From assembly GCA_963932585.1 (NCBI GenBank), contig CAWVSO010000002.1:1-33546 (forward strand): a stretch of 33,546 nt of DNA, given 5' to 3'. Source of the DNA: an uncultured euryarchaeote (lineage in GTDB: Archaea > Halobacteriota > Halobacteria > Halobacteriales > Hikarchaeaceae). Below the pieces are notes generated by a model. That model did no database searches. It worked only from the letters and a program-made list of their open reading frames with translations, and was not told the origin of the DNA. Positions within the stretch are counted from its first letter, which is position 1, and the number at the start of each line of letters is the position of its first letter. Positions 1-10,061 of the stretch are shown here, piece by piece. The translations under genes and the position numbers were made by a program.

Positions 1-1
1 A

Positions 2-259
2 TTCCAAACCGTCAGTGAGCATTCTAATGATTCTGGAAGAATTCTAATAACTGGTCATTCTCATCTAACCAAAACAGCAATCAAACGAGCAAGGATAATG
101 GGATCTATTAGCCATGTAACACAAACTCAATCTGTTTATTTCGTAGATAAAATAAAACAAAAACATGTCCAAGAAACAGTCCTCATCGAACGCGACGAAC
201 TGAACTCTCTTGATTGTCCTGAAGATTTCAACGATTTAATTCAAGAAAGAATGTATTGA
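2..259 (+). CDS. 3' end of an unidentified protein-coding gene (partial, enters from the window start)
   Basis: Frame 2 is open from the window edge to TGA at 257-259 (85 codons, FQTVSEHSNDSGRILITGHSH...DCPEDFNDLIQERMY). It is absent from the ORF track because no start lies in the window. I can assign no motif. Confidence 0.35.
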   Translation, partial: FQTVSEHSNDSGRILITGHSHLTKTAIKRARIMGSISHVTQTQSVYFVDKIKQKHVQETVLIERDELNSLDCPEDFNDLIQERMY

Positions 260-286
260 AAACTATTAACTAGTGCGCTCAGTGTG

Positions 287-682
287 TCATTCAACTAGCT
301 GTTCAAGCTGAATTCTAGCCTTGTCTATTTTTTTCCTAAGATTTTTATTTTTAGTCGAGGCCGATAAATTCTCTAAAACTATCCACGGATCTCGGCCTTC
401 ATTTATCACATATTCAAAAATCCGCACTACTATTTTTTTGTTCATAACTATTGATTCTAATAATAAAACAATTCCAATAGACATTATTTTTCCAATTTCG
501 CCATTGGGCAACGGATCTCCTATCCCATTTAAATCTTCAATTCCCTCAATCATTTTTCCCTGCGAAAACTCCAAACAAGTTGGGCAAATGGAAATATATT
601 CTTCAAATCCAATCCCCATTTTTTTAATAATTTCTGGAATTTTGAATTCTACCATTCCAGCATAACACTCTTCACATTTCAT
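287..682 (-). CDS. Small zinc-ribbon-like protein of unknown function
   Basis: 131-aa ATG-started ORF with two Cys pairs (CEEC at residues 3-6, CPTC at 33-36), a hydrophobic stretch (IGKIMSIGIVLLLESIVM) and a basic helical tail. It lies 30 nt downstream of atpD on the same strand. The antisense ORF 321-665 is Ile/Phe/Ser-rich and looks like a shadow. Confidence 0.55.
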   Translation of the reverse strand: MKCEECYAGMVEFKIPEIIKKMGIGFEEYISICPTCLEFSQGKMIEGIEDLNGIGDPLPNGEIGKIMSIGIVLLLESIVMNKKIVVRIFEYVINEGRDPWIVLENLSASTKNKNLRKKIDKARIQLEQLVE

Positions 683-712
683 ACAATTACAAATTATATC
701 TAAAACCTAATT

Positions 713-1345
713 TTAACTTTCTCTTCCCTTTTTACCTTTGATCTTCTTTAAACGGAATATCTCTTCTCTTTCTTGTTCTTCTAGTTTTTGTTCAATAAAT
801 TTCTTCGCTTGATATAATTCGGGAAGCACTTTAAATTCCAACGCGTTCACACGCCTTTTAGTAATCTCAATCTCTGTTAATAATTTCCTCATCCCGGTTT
901 CAACTTCTGCCGCTAGAATAGTTGAATCAAGTAATTTTTCATACGAATCTGCACTTTCATCTATTCTGGCAGTCGTTCCTAACAAACCATATCCTCTTTG
1001 ATCAATAGTCTTTCTGACCTTATTCGAATTAATCTGAGGAACAACGACCCCCATTATATTCTTCGACTCAACTTCTATCTCTGGATGTTCTTTCAGTGAC
1101 TCTGCAGCACCTCTAACTGCAATGTCACCTTCCATTGCTCGGGCAACATTCATTGTTTTTTGAGCCTCTTTATAAGCATTAGTTAGATCTTCTCTGACAC
1201 CTTTGGCATTATCTAGAATTCTCATGAATTCCATGATCAGTCCATCTCTTTTTTGCTCCAAAGTGTCATGACCGCGCTCAGATAATTTAATACGATCTTT
1301 TATCCGCATTAAATTTTTCCGAGTTGGTTTAACATTTTCTGCCAT
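713..1345 (-). CDS. atpD: A-type ATP synthase subunit D (central stalk)
   Basis: 210 aa. N-terminus [34 protein letters not shown] is typical of V/A-ATPase subunit D. Coiled-coil ends. Last gene of the operon, 2 nt after atpB. Confidence 0.93.
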   Translation of the reverse strand: MAENVKPTRKNLMRIKDRIKLSERGHDTLEQKRDGLIMEFMRILDNAKGVREDLTNAYKEAQKTMNVARAMEGDIAVRGAAESLKEHPEIEVESKNIMGVVVPQINSNKVRKTIDQRGYGLLGTTARIDESADSYEKLLDSTILAAEVETGMRKLLTEIEITKRRVNALEFKVLPELYQAKKFIEQKLEEQEREEIFRLKKIKGKKGRES

Positions 1346-1347
1346 TT

Positions 1348-2754
1348 TTATTCTTCCAATTTAGATTTTTCAATTCCTTCTGAATAATATTCTTCTATGT
1401 ATTCTTCATCTATCCTATTCAATTCAGTTTTAGGTATCATAGAAAGTAAATTCCAGCCAACACTCAATGTCTCTTCAATAGTTCTTCCAGATTTGTATCC
1501 TTGCTGAACAAATTCTTTTTCAAATCTATCTGCAAAATCAAGGTATCTGTTATCTCTATCCGAAAGGGCCTCTTTACCAACTATATTGACGAGGGCTCGG
1601 AGGTCTCTCCCTTCTGCATATCCTGCATATAGTTGATCTGATACATTTCCATGATCCTTTCTTGTTAATCCCTCCCCGATACCTTCGCTCATCAATCTAC
1701 TTAGAGATGGAAGCACATTTATTGGGGGTGAAATGCCCTTAGAGTGGAGCTCTCTATCAACGTAAATTTGCCCCTCTGTTATATATCCAGTTAGATCTGG
1801 AATGGGGTGTGTATCGTCATCTCCTGGCATAGTTAGAATTGGTATCTGTGTAATGGATCCTTCTTTTCCTTCTATTCTACCTGCACGTTCATAGAGCATA
1901 GAAAGATCTGTATACATATAACCTGGGTATCCACGTCTTCCTGGAACCTCTTCTCTAGCAGCTCCTATCTCTCGAAGCGCTTCACAGTAATTTGTCATGT
2001 CTGTCAATATTACTAATACGTGGTAACCAAGCTCAAATGCTAGATATTCTGCTGTAGTTAAAGCAAGTCTAGGAGTGATAGTCCGTTCTACTGCGGGATC
2101 ATCTGCCAAATTTAAGAATACCACTGAACGTTCCAATGCCCCTGTACGTTCGAAATCATCCATAAATTCATTAGCTTCTTCTGCTGTTATTCCCATAGCT
2201 GCAAAAACTACTGCAAATTCTGAACCCCCGCCTTCTGCATCTTCTTCCGGAACAGTTGCCTGGCGAGCAATCTGCAATGCTATTTCGTTGTGGGGCAATC
2301 CTGCACCACTAAACAATGGAAGTTTTTGGCCTCTAACAAGTGTATTCATGCCATCTATTGAAGAAATTCCAGTTTGAATAAATGATCTAGGATATTCTCT
2401 TGCATGTGGATTTATAGCAGTCCCCACTATATCTTTACGATCTTCTGGAACTATTTCTGGCCCCCCATCTATTGGTTGCCCAGATCCATCCAAAACTCTT
2501 CCAAGCAAATCTTTTGTTACTGGCATCTTTAAAGTCTCCCCTAAAAATCTTACAGAACACTTTTTATCAATCCCTGTGGTGCCTTCAAAAACTTGAATTG
2601 CAACAAATTTATCTGTAGATTCTAATACCTGTCCGCGTCTTATATTCCCATCTCCTAGTTGGATTTCTACCATTTCACCATACCCGATAGGTTCGTTTAT
2701 CTCTGCAAAAACTAATGGTCCACTAACTTCATTTATCGTTTGATATTCTTTCAT
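1348..2754 (-). CDS. atpB: A-type ATP synthase subunit B (non-catalytic)
   Basis: 468 aa. Start [16 protein letters not shown] and conserved blocks [22 protein letters not shown] and [30 protein letters not shown]. Directly follows atpA. Confidence 0.97.
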   Translation of the reverse strand: MKEYQTINEVSGPLVFAEINEPIGYGEMVEIQLGDGNIRRGQVLESTDKFVAIQVFEGTTGIDKKCSVRFLGETLKMPVTKDLLGRVLDGSGQPIDGGPEIVPEDRKDIVGTAINPHAREYPRSFIQTGISSIDGMNTLVRGQKLPLFSGAGLPHNEIALQIARQATVPEEDAEGGGSEFAVVFAAMGITAEEANEFMDDFERTGALERSVVFLNLADDPAVERTITPRLALTTAEYLAFELGYHVLVILTDMTNYCEALREIGAAREEVPGRRGYPGYMYTDLSMLYERAGRIEGKEGSITQIPILTMPGDDDTHPIPDLTGYITEGQIYVDRELHSKGISPPINVLPSLSRLMSEGIGEGLTRKDHGNVSDQLYAGYAEGRDLRALVNIVGKEALSDRDNRYLDFADRFEKEFVQQGYKSGRTIEETLSVGWNLLSMIPKTELNRIDEEYIEEYYSEGIEKSKLEE

Positions 2755-2755
2755 T

Positions 2756-4510
2756 TTAATACAACTCCTTTAGCTGCTTAACAATCTCTTCCTCAAGATT
2801 TTTTATAAATTCAACGTAATCCGAAGCAGTCCCAATACGATTCAATCTAGGCGCAGCTTCAATAGCTTGAATTTGCTCAATTGATGCCCCCGAGGATAAT
2901 GCCTTAAACGCTTCATCATTAAATGTTTGAATTGCTTTAAATGTGAGATATGTTTTAGTTGGTTCAGAATACGTATCTACATCATGATATGCATTTTGTT
3001 GTAGAAATCCTTCCCTTAGATACCTAGCAACTTCCAATATCAATTGTTGATCTTCTGGCAATGCATCTTTCCCGACAAGCTGAACTATCTCTTGCAATTT
3101 TGTTTCTTCAGCAAGTGTTTTAACCGCCCATTGACGAACAACTGGCCAGTCACTGTCTACGTTTTCACATAGCCATGGGTCAAGCTGATTTCTATATAGG
3201 GAATATGATTCATTCCAATTGATGGCTGGGAAATGCCTGCGTTCTGCTAAACTTGCATCCAAAGCCCAGAATGTTTTAACAATTCTAAGGGTATTCTGAG
3301 TCACAGGTTCTGAAAAATCCCCTCCTGGTGGAGAAACTGCCCCCACAATTGAAATTGATCCTTGACTCCCGTTCAAATTTGTAAACAAACCTGCTCTCTC
3401 ATAAAATGCTGACAAACGTGCAGACAAGTAAGCAGGATATCCTTCTTCTCCTGGCATTTCTTCCAATCGACTTGAAATTTCTCGCATCGCCTCTGCCCAT
3501 CTCGATGTTGAATCTGCCATCACAGCCACATCGTACCCCATATCTCTATAATATTCTGCAATAGTTACTCCTGTATATACACAGGATTCTCTTGCAGCAA
3601 CTGGCATGTTAGAAGTATTTGCAATCAAACATGTCCTTGACATCAGAGCCTTCCCTGTTTTAGGATCTTCTAATTTTGGAAAAACTTCAATAACCTCTGT
3701 CATCTCGTTCCCTCTCTCACCACATCCTACATATACTATAATATCTGCATCGGACCATTTAGCCAATTGATGCTGGGTCACAGTTTTCCCTGATCCAAAT
3801 GGACCTGGGATGGCTGCAGTCCCGCCTTTTGCTATTGGAAAAAGCCCATCTAGAATTCTTTGACCTGTGACCAAAGGTATAGTCGGGGTATGTTTTTCTT
3901 TCGTTGGTCTTGGAGAACGTACTGGCCATTTTTGCAGCATTGTAATTTTTTCCCCCGAATCCAACTCTCCTATTTCATCCACAACCGTATATTCTCCAGT
4001 TTCTATTCTCACGATTTTACCCCCTTTATAATTTGGAGGTATCATGACTCTATGTTCTATACTCTCGCTTTCTTCAACCGTTCCTATGATATCTCCTGCA
4101 TCGACTTGATCTCCGACCTTGACGGTGGCTTTAAATTCCCATTTTTTTTCCAGATCAATACCAGGTGCGTCCGCACCTCTATCAAGAAATGCCCCCAACT
4201 GACCTTTTAACACAGCAAGCGGTCTCTGAACTCCATCGTATATAGAATTCAACATTCCTGGCCCAAGATCCACTGATAATGGTTCCCCTGTGTTCTCTAC
4301 TGGTTCTCCCGGAGACACGCCTGATGTTTCTTCGTAAACCTGTATTGTTGTAAGGTCGTCTTTTATTCTAATTACTTCTCCCATCAACCCTTCATTACCT
4401 ACGTAAACCATATCGTTCATCTTTGCATCTAGATTTGCTGCTGCAACAACGGGTCCACTTACTTTTTTTATAATTCCATTTTCCATGATTTTTTCTTTTA
4501 CTTGGCTCAT
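2756..4510 (-). CDS. atpA: A-type ATP synthase subunit A (catalytic)
   Basis: Walker [26 protein letters not shown]; about 585 aa, so no intein. The track start at 4522 is GTG and overlaps atpF. The in-frame ATG at 4510 (MSQVKEK...) sits 4 nt after the atpF stop and is the more likely start. Confidence 0.97.
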   Translation of the reverse strand: MSQVKEKIMENGIIKKVSGPVVAAANLDAKMNDMVYVGNEGLMGEVIRIKDDLTTIQVYEETSGVSPGEPVENTGEPLSVDLGPGMLNSIYDGVQRPLAVLKGQLGAFLDRGADAPGIDLEKKWEFKATVKVGDQVDAGDIIGTVEESESIEHRVMIPPNYKGGKIVRIETGEYTVVDEIGELDSGEKITMLQKWPVRSPRPTKEKHTPTIPLVTGQRILDGLFPIAKGGTAAIPGPFGSGKTVTQHQLAKWSDADIIVYVGCGERGNEMTEVIEVFPKLEDPKTGKALMSRTCLIANTSNMPVAARESCVYTGVTIAEYYRDMGYDVAVMADSTSRWAEAMREISSRLEEMPGEEGYPAYLSARLSAFYERAGLFTNLNGSQGSISIVGAVSPPGGDFSEPVTQNTLRIVKTFWALDASLAERRHFPAINWNESYSLYRNQLDPWLCENVDSDWPVVRQWAVKTLAEETKLQEIVQLVGKDALPEDQQLILEVARYLREGFLQQNAYHDVDTYSEPTKTYLTFKAIQTFNDEAFKALSSGASIEQIQAIEAAPRLNRIGTASDYVEFIKNLEEEIVKQLKELY

Positions 4511-4514
4511 TTTT

Positions 4515-4832
4515 TTAATCACTCATTAAATCAATGCCTATAGCTCGTTTTATCTGATTTCTTAAACCACTTGATTCAACCCCCCCTAGTGTAACTACTG
4601 TGGGATCTACACTTTTTTCTACAGCTTTTCTAACTTCTTTTGAGAGGTATGTGAGATCATCTTGGTGCATTACAACAATTCCTATTCCGTTTTCTGTCAA
4701 TATTCTTTCTACAACGCCATCTAGCATCTCTGATTTTTCAGTCTCTTGCACACTTTCACACCGTCTCACTCCTGCAAGTTTGAACCCTGTTGTAAAATCT
4801 GGGCTTCCTATAACTGCAATTTCTTGACTCAT
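4515..4832 (-). CDS. atpF: A-type ATP synthase subunit F
   Basis: 105 aa. [22 protein letters not shown] is the typical subunit F N-terminus. Position between atpC and atpA; 4-nt ATGA-type overlap with atpC. Confidence 0.85.
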   Translation of the reverse strand: MSQEIAVIGSPDFTTGFKLAGVRRCESVQETEKSEMLDGVVERILTENGIGIVVMHQDDLTYLSKEVRKAVEKSVDPTVVTLGGVESSGLRNQIKRAIGIDLMSD

Positions 4833-5881
4833 AAAATCACCAATTGTTTTTCTATTTCTTCAGGAGATAGTCCTGCTTCTTTTCCTCTAGCAATGGCCCT
4901 AACATTTTCTATTTCCTTTTCTTTTGAAAGTACAAATGCTATCACTGGGCAGACACTCAAAGGATACACATTAGAAAGACGATCGCAATAGGCCAACAAC
5001 ACTGCTTCAAGCCCGTGCTCAAAATCAATTAAACTATTTGAATTTTCAAGTTTTTCCAAAACAGTTGAAAGCTGATTTCCATACCTAGATTCTCTAATCA
5101 TTCCTGCCATTTCATCTACATTTTTCATAGCAGAACTCAATTTAGAAGCTGTAAATTGTTTTCCTCCTTGGATATAATATTCTGCAATTGAAATATCCGA
5201 CCCACTATGTGCTATTCGGAGTGCATTCATTACATTTTTAAAATCTATTTCGGCACGAAGAAAGTCTGTATATAGTCCAACAGAAGGGTCTTCTACAACC
5301 TCCATATTTTTAAGCAATTGATCATAGTAGCTTCTGTCTATTGCATTCTCCATGGAAACTAGTAGCTGGGTATCTTCGTAATCTCTTAAACCAGACACTA
5401 GTGGTTCCCCAAACATAGTTCCTGCAAGTAAATTGACAAACTCATCTATACTTTCAGATCCAATCAAACGTTCTAAAAATGCAATCTTAAATTCTCCAGC
5501 GGGTATTAGGTCGTCCCGAATCGTCTCAAGCTTTTCTTTTGCATAAATGCCTCTAAGAATTGTTTTCACATTCCATGCATCAAATTTCTTTAAATATCTT
5601 GATATTTGTTCATATAATTCTCCCTCTGACCATCTCAATAAATCCTCAAATTGGCTAGCAAGATTATGATTTAAAGCATATTCTATCAGGTCTACACCTT
5701 TGTACCTAGCACCAAACTCATTAACTTCATTTGAATAGGTGGTCTCTTCCATATATCTCGATATTTCATTTGGGCCCATACGAATAATTCTGCGATAATC
5801 TTCATCCGTATACAAATACGCACGACGAGATCTAACCCTCGCAGATACATATTCATAATTTCCCGATTCAGAGCTACTCAT
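4829..5881 (-). CDS. atpC: A-type ATP synthase subunit C (d-like, rotor coupling)
   Basis: 350 aa. N-terminus NYEYVSARVRSRR matches the subunit C family. Operon position between atpE and atpF with 4-nt overlaps on both sides. Confidence 0.88.
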   Translation of the reverse strand: MSSSESGNYEYVSARVRSRRAYLYTDEDYRRIIRMGPNEISRYMEETTYSNEVNEFGARYKGVDLIEYALNHNLASQFEDLLRWSEGELYEQISRYLKKFDAWNVKTILRGIYAKEKLETIRDDLIPAGEFKIAFLERLIGSESIDEFVNLLAGTMFGEPLVSGLRDYEDTQLLVSMENAIDRSYYDQLLKNMEVVEDPSVGLYTDFLRAEIDFKNVMNALRIAHSGSDISIAEYYIQGGKQFTASKLSSAMKNVDEMAGMIRESRYGNQLSTVLEKLENSNSLIDFEHGLEAVLLAYCDRLSNVYPLSVCPVIAFVLSKEKEIENVRAIARGKEAGLSPEEIEKQLVIL

Positions 5882-6465
5882 TGATTTGATCCAAATAAAA
5901 GCTCACTAATATTTTTCAATTCTTCTGTCCACACAGAATCAATAATAGAGTCAAACGTATTATTTACTCTCATGCGTGCAGATTCACTTTCCATTACCAC
6001 TCCTCCTATGCAATCATACATACCTCCATATTTGATGCCCTTGTGATTTTTCAATAGTGATTTAAGAAGTTTTTCATCTTTAGATTGACCATAAACCACT
6101 ATATCATCCACATTTTCAAATTCTTTCGCAGATGAATCTATCAATATTTTCGTTAGGGCTTCTCTCTCTTTTCCACTTATACTCTTGATTTCTTCTTCTA
6201 CATCATTCCTAATAATTTCTATTAGGTCACGTTTCATTTCGAGCACTTTTTGTTTAGCTTCTAGATTCGCACTTGAAAACCGTTGTTCTCTCTCAAGTCT
6301 GATTATGCGATCCACTTCTTCTTTCCCTTCCATTTTCACACCCGCAGCACTTTTTTTAGCGCTGTCCACTATTCCTTCTTCTACCTTCGATGCTTCAGAA
6401 AGTATTCTCTTGGCACTTTTGAGTGCCTCCTTCCTAATATCCTCCACAACAGTTTCGAGACTCAT
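5878..6465 (-). CDS. atpE: A-type ATP synthase subunit E (peripheral stalk)
   Basis: 195 aa. Long charged coiled-coil N-half plus a globular C-domain. Conserved operon position after atpK. Confidence 0.8.
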   Translation of the reverse strand: MSLETVVEDIRKEALKSAKRILSEASKVEEGIVDSAKKSAAGVKMEGKEEVDRIIRLEREQRFSSANLEAKQKVLEMKRDLIEIIRNDVEEEIKSISGKEREALTKILIDSSAKEFENVDDIVVYGQSKDEKLLKSLLKNHKGIKYGGMYDCIGGVVMESESARMRVNNTFDSIIDSVWTEELKNISELLFGSNQ

Positions 6466-6483
6466 TATTAGTAATTCACCCTT

Positions 6484-6741
6484 TCACACTAGGAATATAA
6501 CCACTAGGGCAAGAATGACTAGTGTTTCTGGTAATACTGTCATGACAAGACCAATTCCAAAAAAGTCTCGATCTTCTGCAATTGCCCCCACAGCGGCAGC
6601 ACCTATGCCTCGCTCTGCAATACCTGCCCCTAGGGCAGCTAGGCCAACGCCTAGTGCAGCAGCAGCCTTAGGTGGAAAGGCAACGTTTTCTTGTAGCAAT
6701 ACAGGGTTATTAGCGAGTAAGTCTGATATAATTTCAAGCAT
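6484..6741 (-). CDS. atpK: A-type ATP synthase proteolipid subunit K/c (single hairpin)
   Basis: 85 aa. Two Gly/Ala-rich TM helices (GVGLAALGAGIAERGIGAAAVGAIAEDRD / GLVMTVLPETLVILALVVIFLV) with the ion-binding Glu in the PET motif. Confidence 0.9.
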   Translation of the reverse strand: MLEIISDLLANNPVLLQENVAFPPKAAAALGVGLAALGAGIAERGIGAAAVGAIAEDRDFFGIGLVMTVLPETLVILALVVIFLV

Positions 6742-6873
6742 GATAAATTCGATTAGTTATCTTCTATAACGTCCTTTAATTTGGCAACACTCTTGATAAA
6801 ACTTATCAAATCATTCTTTGAATCCTTTCAAAAAATAAAAATTATTTATTTACACTTTCGCTGCTCGGAAATC

Positions 6874-8976
6874 TCACTCAGTATATTTTTTATCCTTCCC
6901 AAAAGGAGTGTACATGACCCCTCCGCCGGCGTAGAATTTCTGGAAGAATTCCACGTATTCTAAACGAACAGATTGTAAACCTGCACTCGTAACCCCTAGT
7001 GCTAGAACTATTGCATGGCCCAATATCAAAATAATGCCACCGCCTACTAAACCAAAAAACCCAAAACTAGCTGGGTGAATCAATCCAGGAAATATTATTT
7101 CACCATGTACTGCTGCAATGGCAGTACTATGCATAAAGTGACTAGCACCATCTTCTGCGATATATGCGCCAAAAACTAACAAATTAACAACAAAAGCCAT
7201 CCCGGCTTTAGCCAACAACACTGCAGGTATCCTAGCATAAGAAAGAATATTCACCAGGACATTTGGACTTTCTAATATTCCGATTATGGCTCCTAGAACT
7301 CCCTGATGTTTTATCTCACCAATAATCATCAATATAAGCCCGATTGCAGCTATGCCAAGCGCTAAAACACCAATCTCAGATGAGAATCCTGTGAATGCTA
7401 ATGGTTCTCCTGCTAACTGTTCAAAAAGCAAATCTGGCTTGGCAGATCTAGCATGTTTACTAAAAACCCATACCCAAACACCTCCCATGAGGAGAATCCA
7501 GGACCCACTCTCCAAAATAGCATCCATGAAGCTACGTTTCATTTTATTTACAAAATCAAAAATATGCCCTACGGTTACATGAAGCAAACCCAACAACATA
7601 GCAACAACAAGCCATAATAATGCAAAATGTGCCGTTTTAGGGGAAAGTCCTTTTTCTATTGGCGGGTGCCCATTCCAAACTATTTCTCCTAGTACGTGCA
7701 ATCCAAAAAATTCTCCATAAAAGATTCCAAAAAACATTGTAAATAACCCTGCCCAAATAGCAACGCCACCTAAACTTTTAATACCGATGCTATCTGATTT
7801 TTTCATTAATAAATACCCAATAATGGCATAACAAATACCATATCCCAAATCCCCTATCATGAATCCAAAGAATGCTGGAAATGTGAGGAATATTATCAGC
7901 GTAGGATCCAATTCAGAATATTTTGGTCTGCCAATCGTCTGAACCAATACTTCAAAAGGCTGCACAATGGAGGGATTATCTTGAACAACTGGTGGGGAAG
8001 AGTTGCCCATTTTGATATCTACATCGTCAGTTTCAATTTCCTCCCCGTGCTCTACAAATCCATCCTCGTCATAATCTGCACATTCAATTTCTTCCACCAA
8101 CATATGATCTCCTATGGTTTTTTGAAGTCTTTTATTTAGTTCGACTAAAATTTTAGTTGGTATCCACCCTTCTGCAATGAATGCATTTTCTGTAGTAGCA
8201 AACGATAGTGGGGCTTCTGTCTTCTGCACTTCTATAGATAACATTTCTTCACTTGCAAGCAAGAATTTCTTAGCTTCACTCCCCATGCTATTCATAGAGA
8301 GTTGAATGTCACCAAGCTCTTCTGTCAATTTTTGTTTCTCGTCATTCAACTCTAAAATGTATTTAGAAACATCTTTTTCATTTTCTGGAATTTCTACCTC
8401 TTCAAGCCCAATCCCATCCAACCCATTCAAAATATTTTCATCAGATTTTTCTGAAAATATTGCTAAAGATTTTTCACCAGAAAAAATCTCTACCTGGGAC
8501 TCAGATAATGCATCTCTTATTTTCTCAACATCTCCTTTCCCGACCACCACGGCAAAATTGTCATATCCTAAAAGTAAGTCTAGATCAATTCCAATATCTG
8601 CAAAAATTTCTGCTTCTTTTAGCAACTCGCTTATTCTTCTTACTCTGTCCAGAATAAAATTTCTTCTGTCTTCTAAACCATTAACCCTCTCTCGTAGAAC
8701 CTCTAATTTTTCTTCACCCTTGTCATTAAATTTGTATTTTGAATCAAAATATTCTGGTACAATTTCAAGTATGCTCTCAATAGATCTCACTGTAACCAAT
8801 TTCTCAGAAACTTCTTCTGCCATATCGCCCGGATTCCCCCTCTCAAAACCGTCCCAAGAACCATCATATTCTATAAGATGTATTGCATTCAATCCATGGA
8901 TTATAGATACGAACTCTTCCATGACATCTTTGGTACCTGTTATAGATACCCTGCTCATTTGTTTAGGCCTTAGCAT
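6874..8976 (-). CDS. atpI: A-type ATP synthase subunit I (a-like, stator/ion channel)
   Basis: About 700 aa. Soluble coiled-coil N-half and a multi-TM C-half ending ...LRLEYVEFFQKFYAGGG, which contains the conserved stator Arg region. Family N-terminus MLRPKQMSRVSITG begins at ATG 8976. The track start 9039 lies deep inside atpH. Confidence 0.92.
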   Translation of the reverse strand: MLRPKQMSRVSITGTKDVMEEFVSIIHGLNAIHLIEYDGSWDGFERGNPGDMAEEVSEKLVTVRSIESILEIVPEYFDSKYKFNDKGEEKLEVLRERVNGLEDRRNFILDRVRRISELLKEAEIFADIGIDLDLLLGYDNFAVVVGKGDVEKIRDALSESQVEIFSGEKSLAIFSEKSDENILNGLDGIGLEEVEIPENEKDVSKYILELNDEKQKLTEELGDIQLSMNSMGSEAKKFLLASEEMLSIEVQKTEAPLSFATTENAFIAEGWIPTKILVELNKRLQKTIGDHMLVEEIECADYDEDGFVEHGEEIETDDVDIKMGNSSPPVVQDNPSIVQPFEVLVQTIGRPKYSELDPTLIIFLTFPAFFGFMIGDLGYGICYAIIGYLLMKKSDSIGIKSLGGVAIWAGLFTMFFGIFYGEFFGLHVLGEIVWNGHPPIEKGLSPKTAHFALLWLVVAMLLGLLHVTVGHIFDFVNKMKRSFMDAILESGSWILLMGGVWVWVFSKHARSAKPDLLFEQLAGEPLAFTGFSSEIGVLALGIAAIGLILMIIGEIKHQGVLGAIIGILESPNVLVNILSYARIPAVLLAKAGMAFVVNLLVFGAYIAEDGASHFMHSTAIAAVHGEIIFPGLIHPASFGFFGLVGGGIILILGHAIVLALGVTSAGLQSVRLEYVEFFQKFYAGGGVMYTPFGKDKKYTE

Positions 8977-9304
8977 CCACCGACTCCTTAAACCAATTTT
9001 TAATAAATTCAATAACCTCTTCGTGGTTTTTCTCTGCATTTTTATTCAATTTTTTAATATCTTTGTCAACTCCTTTAAGAATTTTTTTACATTCCACTTC
9101 CAATTCTTCTCGTCCTTTCCCCACCTTATCCTCCTGAAACTTCTTTGTTTTATCCTTTTCCTTCAAAACCAATTCTTCTGCCTTTTCCTCCGCTCTGGTA
9201 ATAATTTGTTGAGCTTTTATTTCAGCGTCTGAAATAATTTCTTCCACTTCCACTTCTATGCCTTTTATCTTCTCAAGAACCTCTGGTCTTGCCATCTTGT
9301 TCAA
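8963..9304 (-). CDS. atpH: A-type ATP synthase subunit H (peripheral stalk)
   Basis: 113-aa highly charged all-helical protein (EEKAEELVLKEKDK...). First gene of the operon, directly upstream of atpI. The start could instead be the second ATG (MARPEV..., 9295). Confidence 0.7.
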   Translation of the reverse strand: MNKMARPEVLEKIKGIEVEVEEIISDAEIKAQQIITRAEEKAEELVLKEKDKTKKFQEDKVGKGREELEVECKKILKGVDKDIKKLNKNAEKNHEEVIEFIKNWFKESVDAKA

Positions 9305-9439
9305 ATCTGGGCCTGGTGTATATTTGGTAGTTGCGATCGAGTTCCAGTGGAATCTCTATAATTCGGATATAAATTATCTTCATTTTCCACCAATTGCCAA
9401 CCGCATGTTTTTTTCTCTGTCGGGGAAATTATTCCTCTA

Positions 9440-10057
9440 ATGGGATTTCTAGAAAATAAAAAAAGGGCTAAAACTTTCTATAAATATTTATCAATAGTAT
9501 ATGATAAAATCAACCCACTTTTCTGGACACTATCAATGCGCGAAAAAGCTTTAGATCTATTCGATATAGATTCTACCTTCAAAGTATTGGATGTTGGCTG
9601 TGGAACCGGGTTTGGAATTGAAGGTCTGCTAACACGTACTGATAATATATTCGGAATTGATCAAAGCATACATCAACTTAACAAAGCCAGAACAAAACCC
9701 CTCTACCCAAATGTCTCACTGTCTCTTGGAGATGTAGAATTCCTCCCATTCCACGACGACACTTTCGACGCAGTCTGGTCCTCTGGATCAATAGAATATT
9801 GGCCCAATCCCATTCAGGCACTTTCTGAAATTCGGCGTATAGTCAAACCAGGAGGAAAAATACTCATAGTTGGACCCAAAAAACCAAACCAGACTATACT
9901 TGGTAAAATGGCAATGTCTATAATGCTATTTTACACAGAAAACGAAGCCGATCAACTATTTTCAGAAGCCGGGTTCGAAAAAATACAACACATCTGCCTA
10001 CAAGCCCATTTTGGCAGTCCATTTGCCATCATCACGCTTGCACACGTTCCAATCTAA
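9440..10057 (+). CDS. Class I SAM-dependent methyltransferase, UbiE/MenG/VTE3-like (prenylquinol C-methyltransferase candidate)
   Basis: SAM motif I VLDVGCGTGFG. N-terminal YKYLSIVYDKINPLFW...MREKAL and SGSIEYWPNPIQALSEIRRIVKPGGKILIVGP resemble the MPBQ/MSBQ (VTE3) methyltransferase family as I remember it. Confidence 0.8.
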   Translation: MGFLENKKRAKTFYKYLSIVYDKINPLFWTLSMREKALDLFDIDSTFKVLDVGCGTGFGIEGLLTRTDNIFGIDQSIHQLNKARTKPLYPNVSLSLGDVEFLPFHDDTFDAVWSSGSIEYWPNPIQALSEIRRIVKPGGKILIVGPKKPNQTILGKMAMSIMLFYTENEADQLFSEAGFEKIQHICLQAHFGSPFAIITLAHVPI

Positions 10058-10061
10058 TCGA

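Noticed and set aside
2756-4522. Possible inteins in atpA (also considered for rtcB 25870-27327 and priS)
   Set aside because: Lengths (about 585, 485 and 391 aa) and the uninterrupted spacing of conserved motifs match intein-free family members.
6185-6769. 194-aa ORF on the plus strand
   Set aside because: It is antisense to atpE and atpK. It is Ser/Ala-rich, mirroring the Gly/Ala codons of the c-subunit. Shadow ORF.
8306-9232. 308-aa ORF on the plus strand
   Set aside because: It lies entirely antisense to atpI/atpH. The product is Ser/Phe/Leu/Ile-rich low complexity with no start context. This is the typical shadow ORF of an AT-rich gene with strong homology on the other strand.
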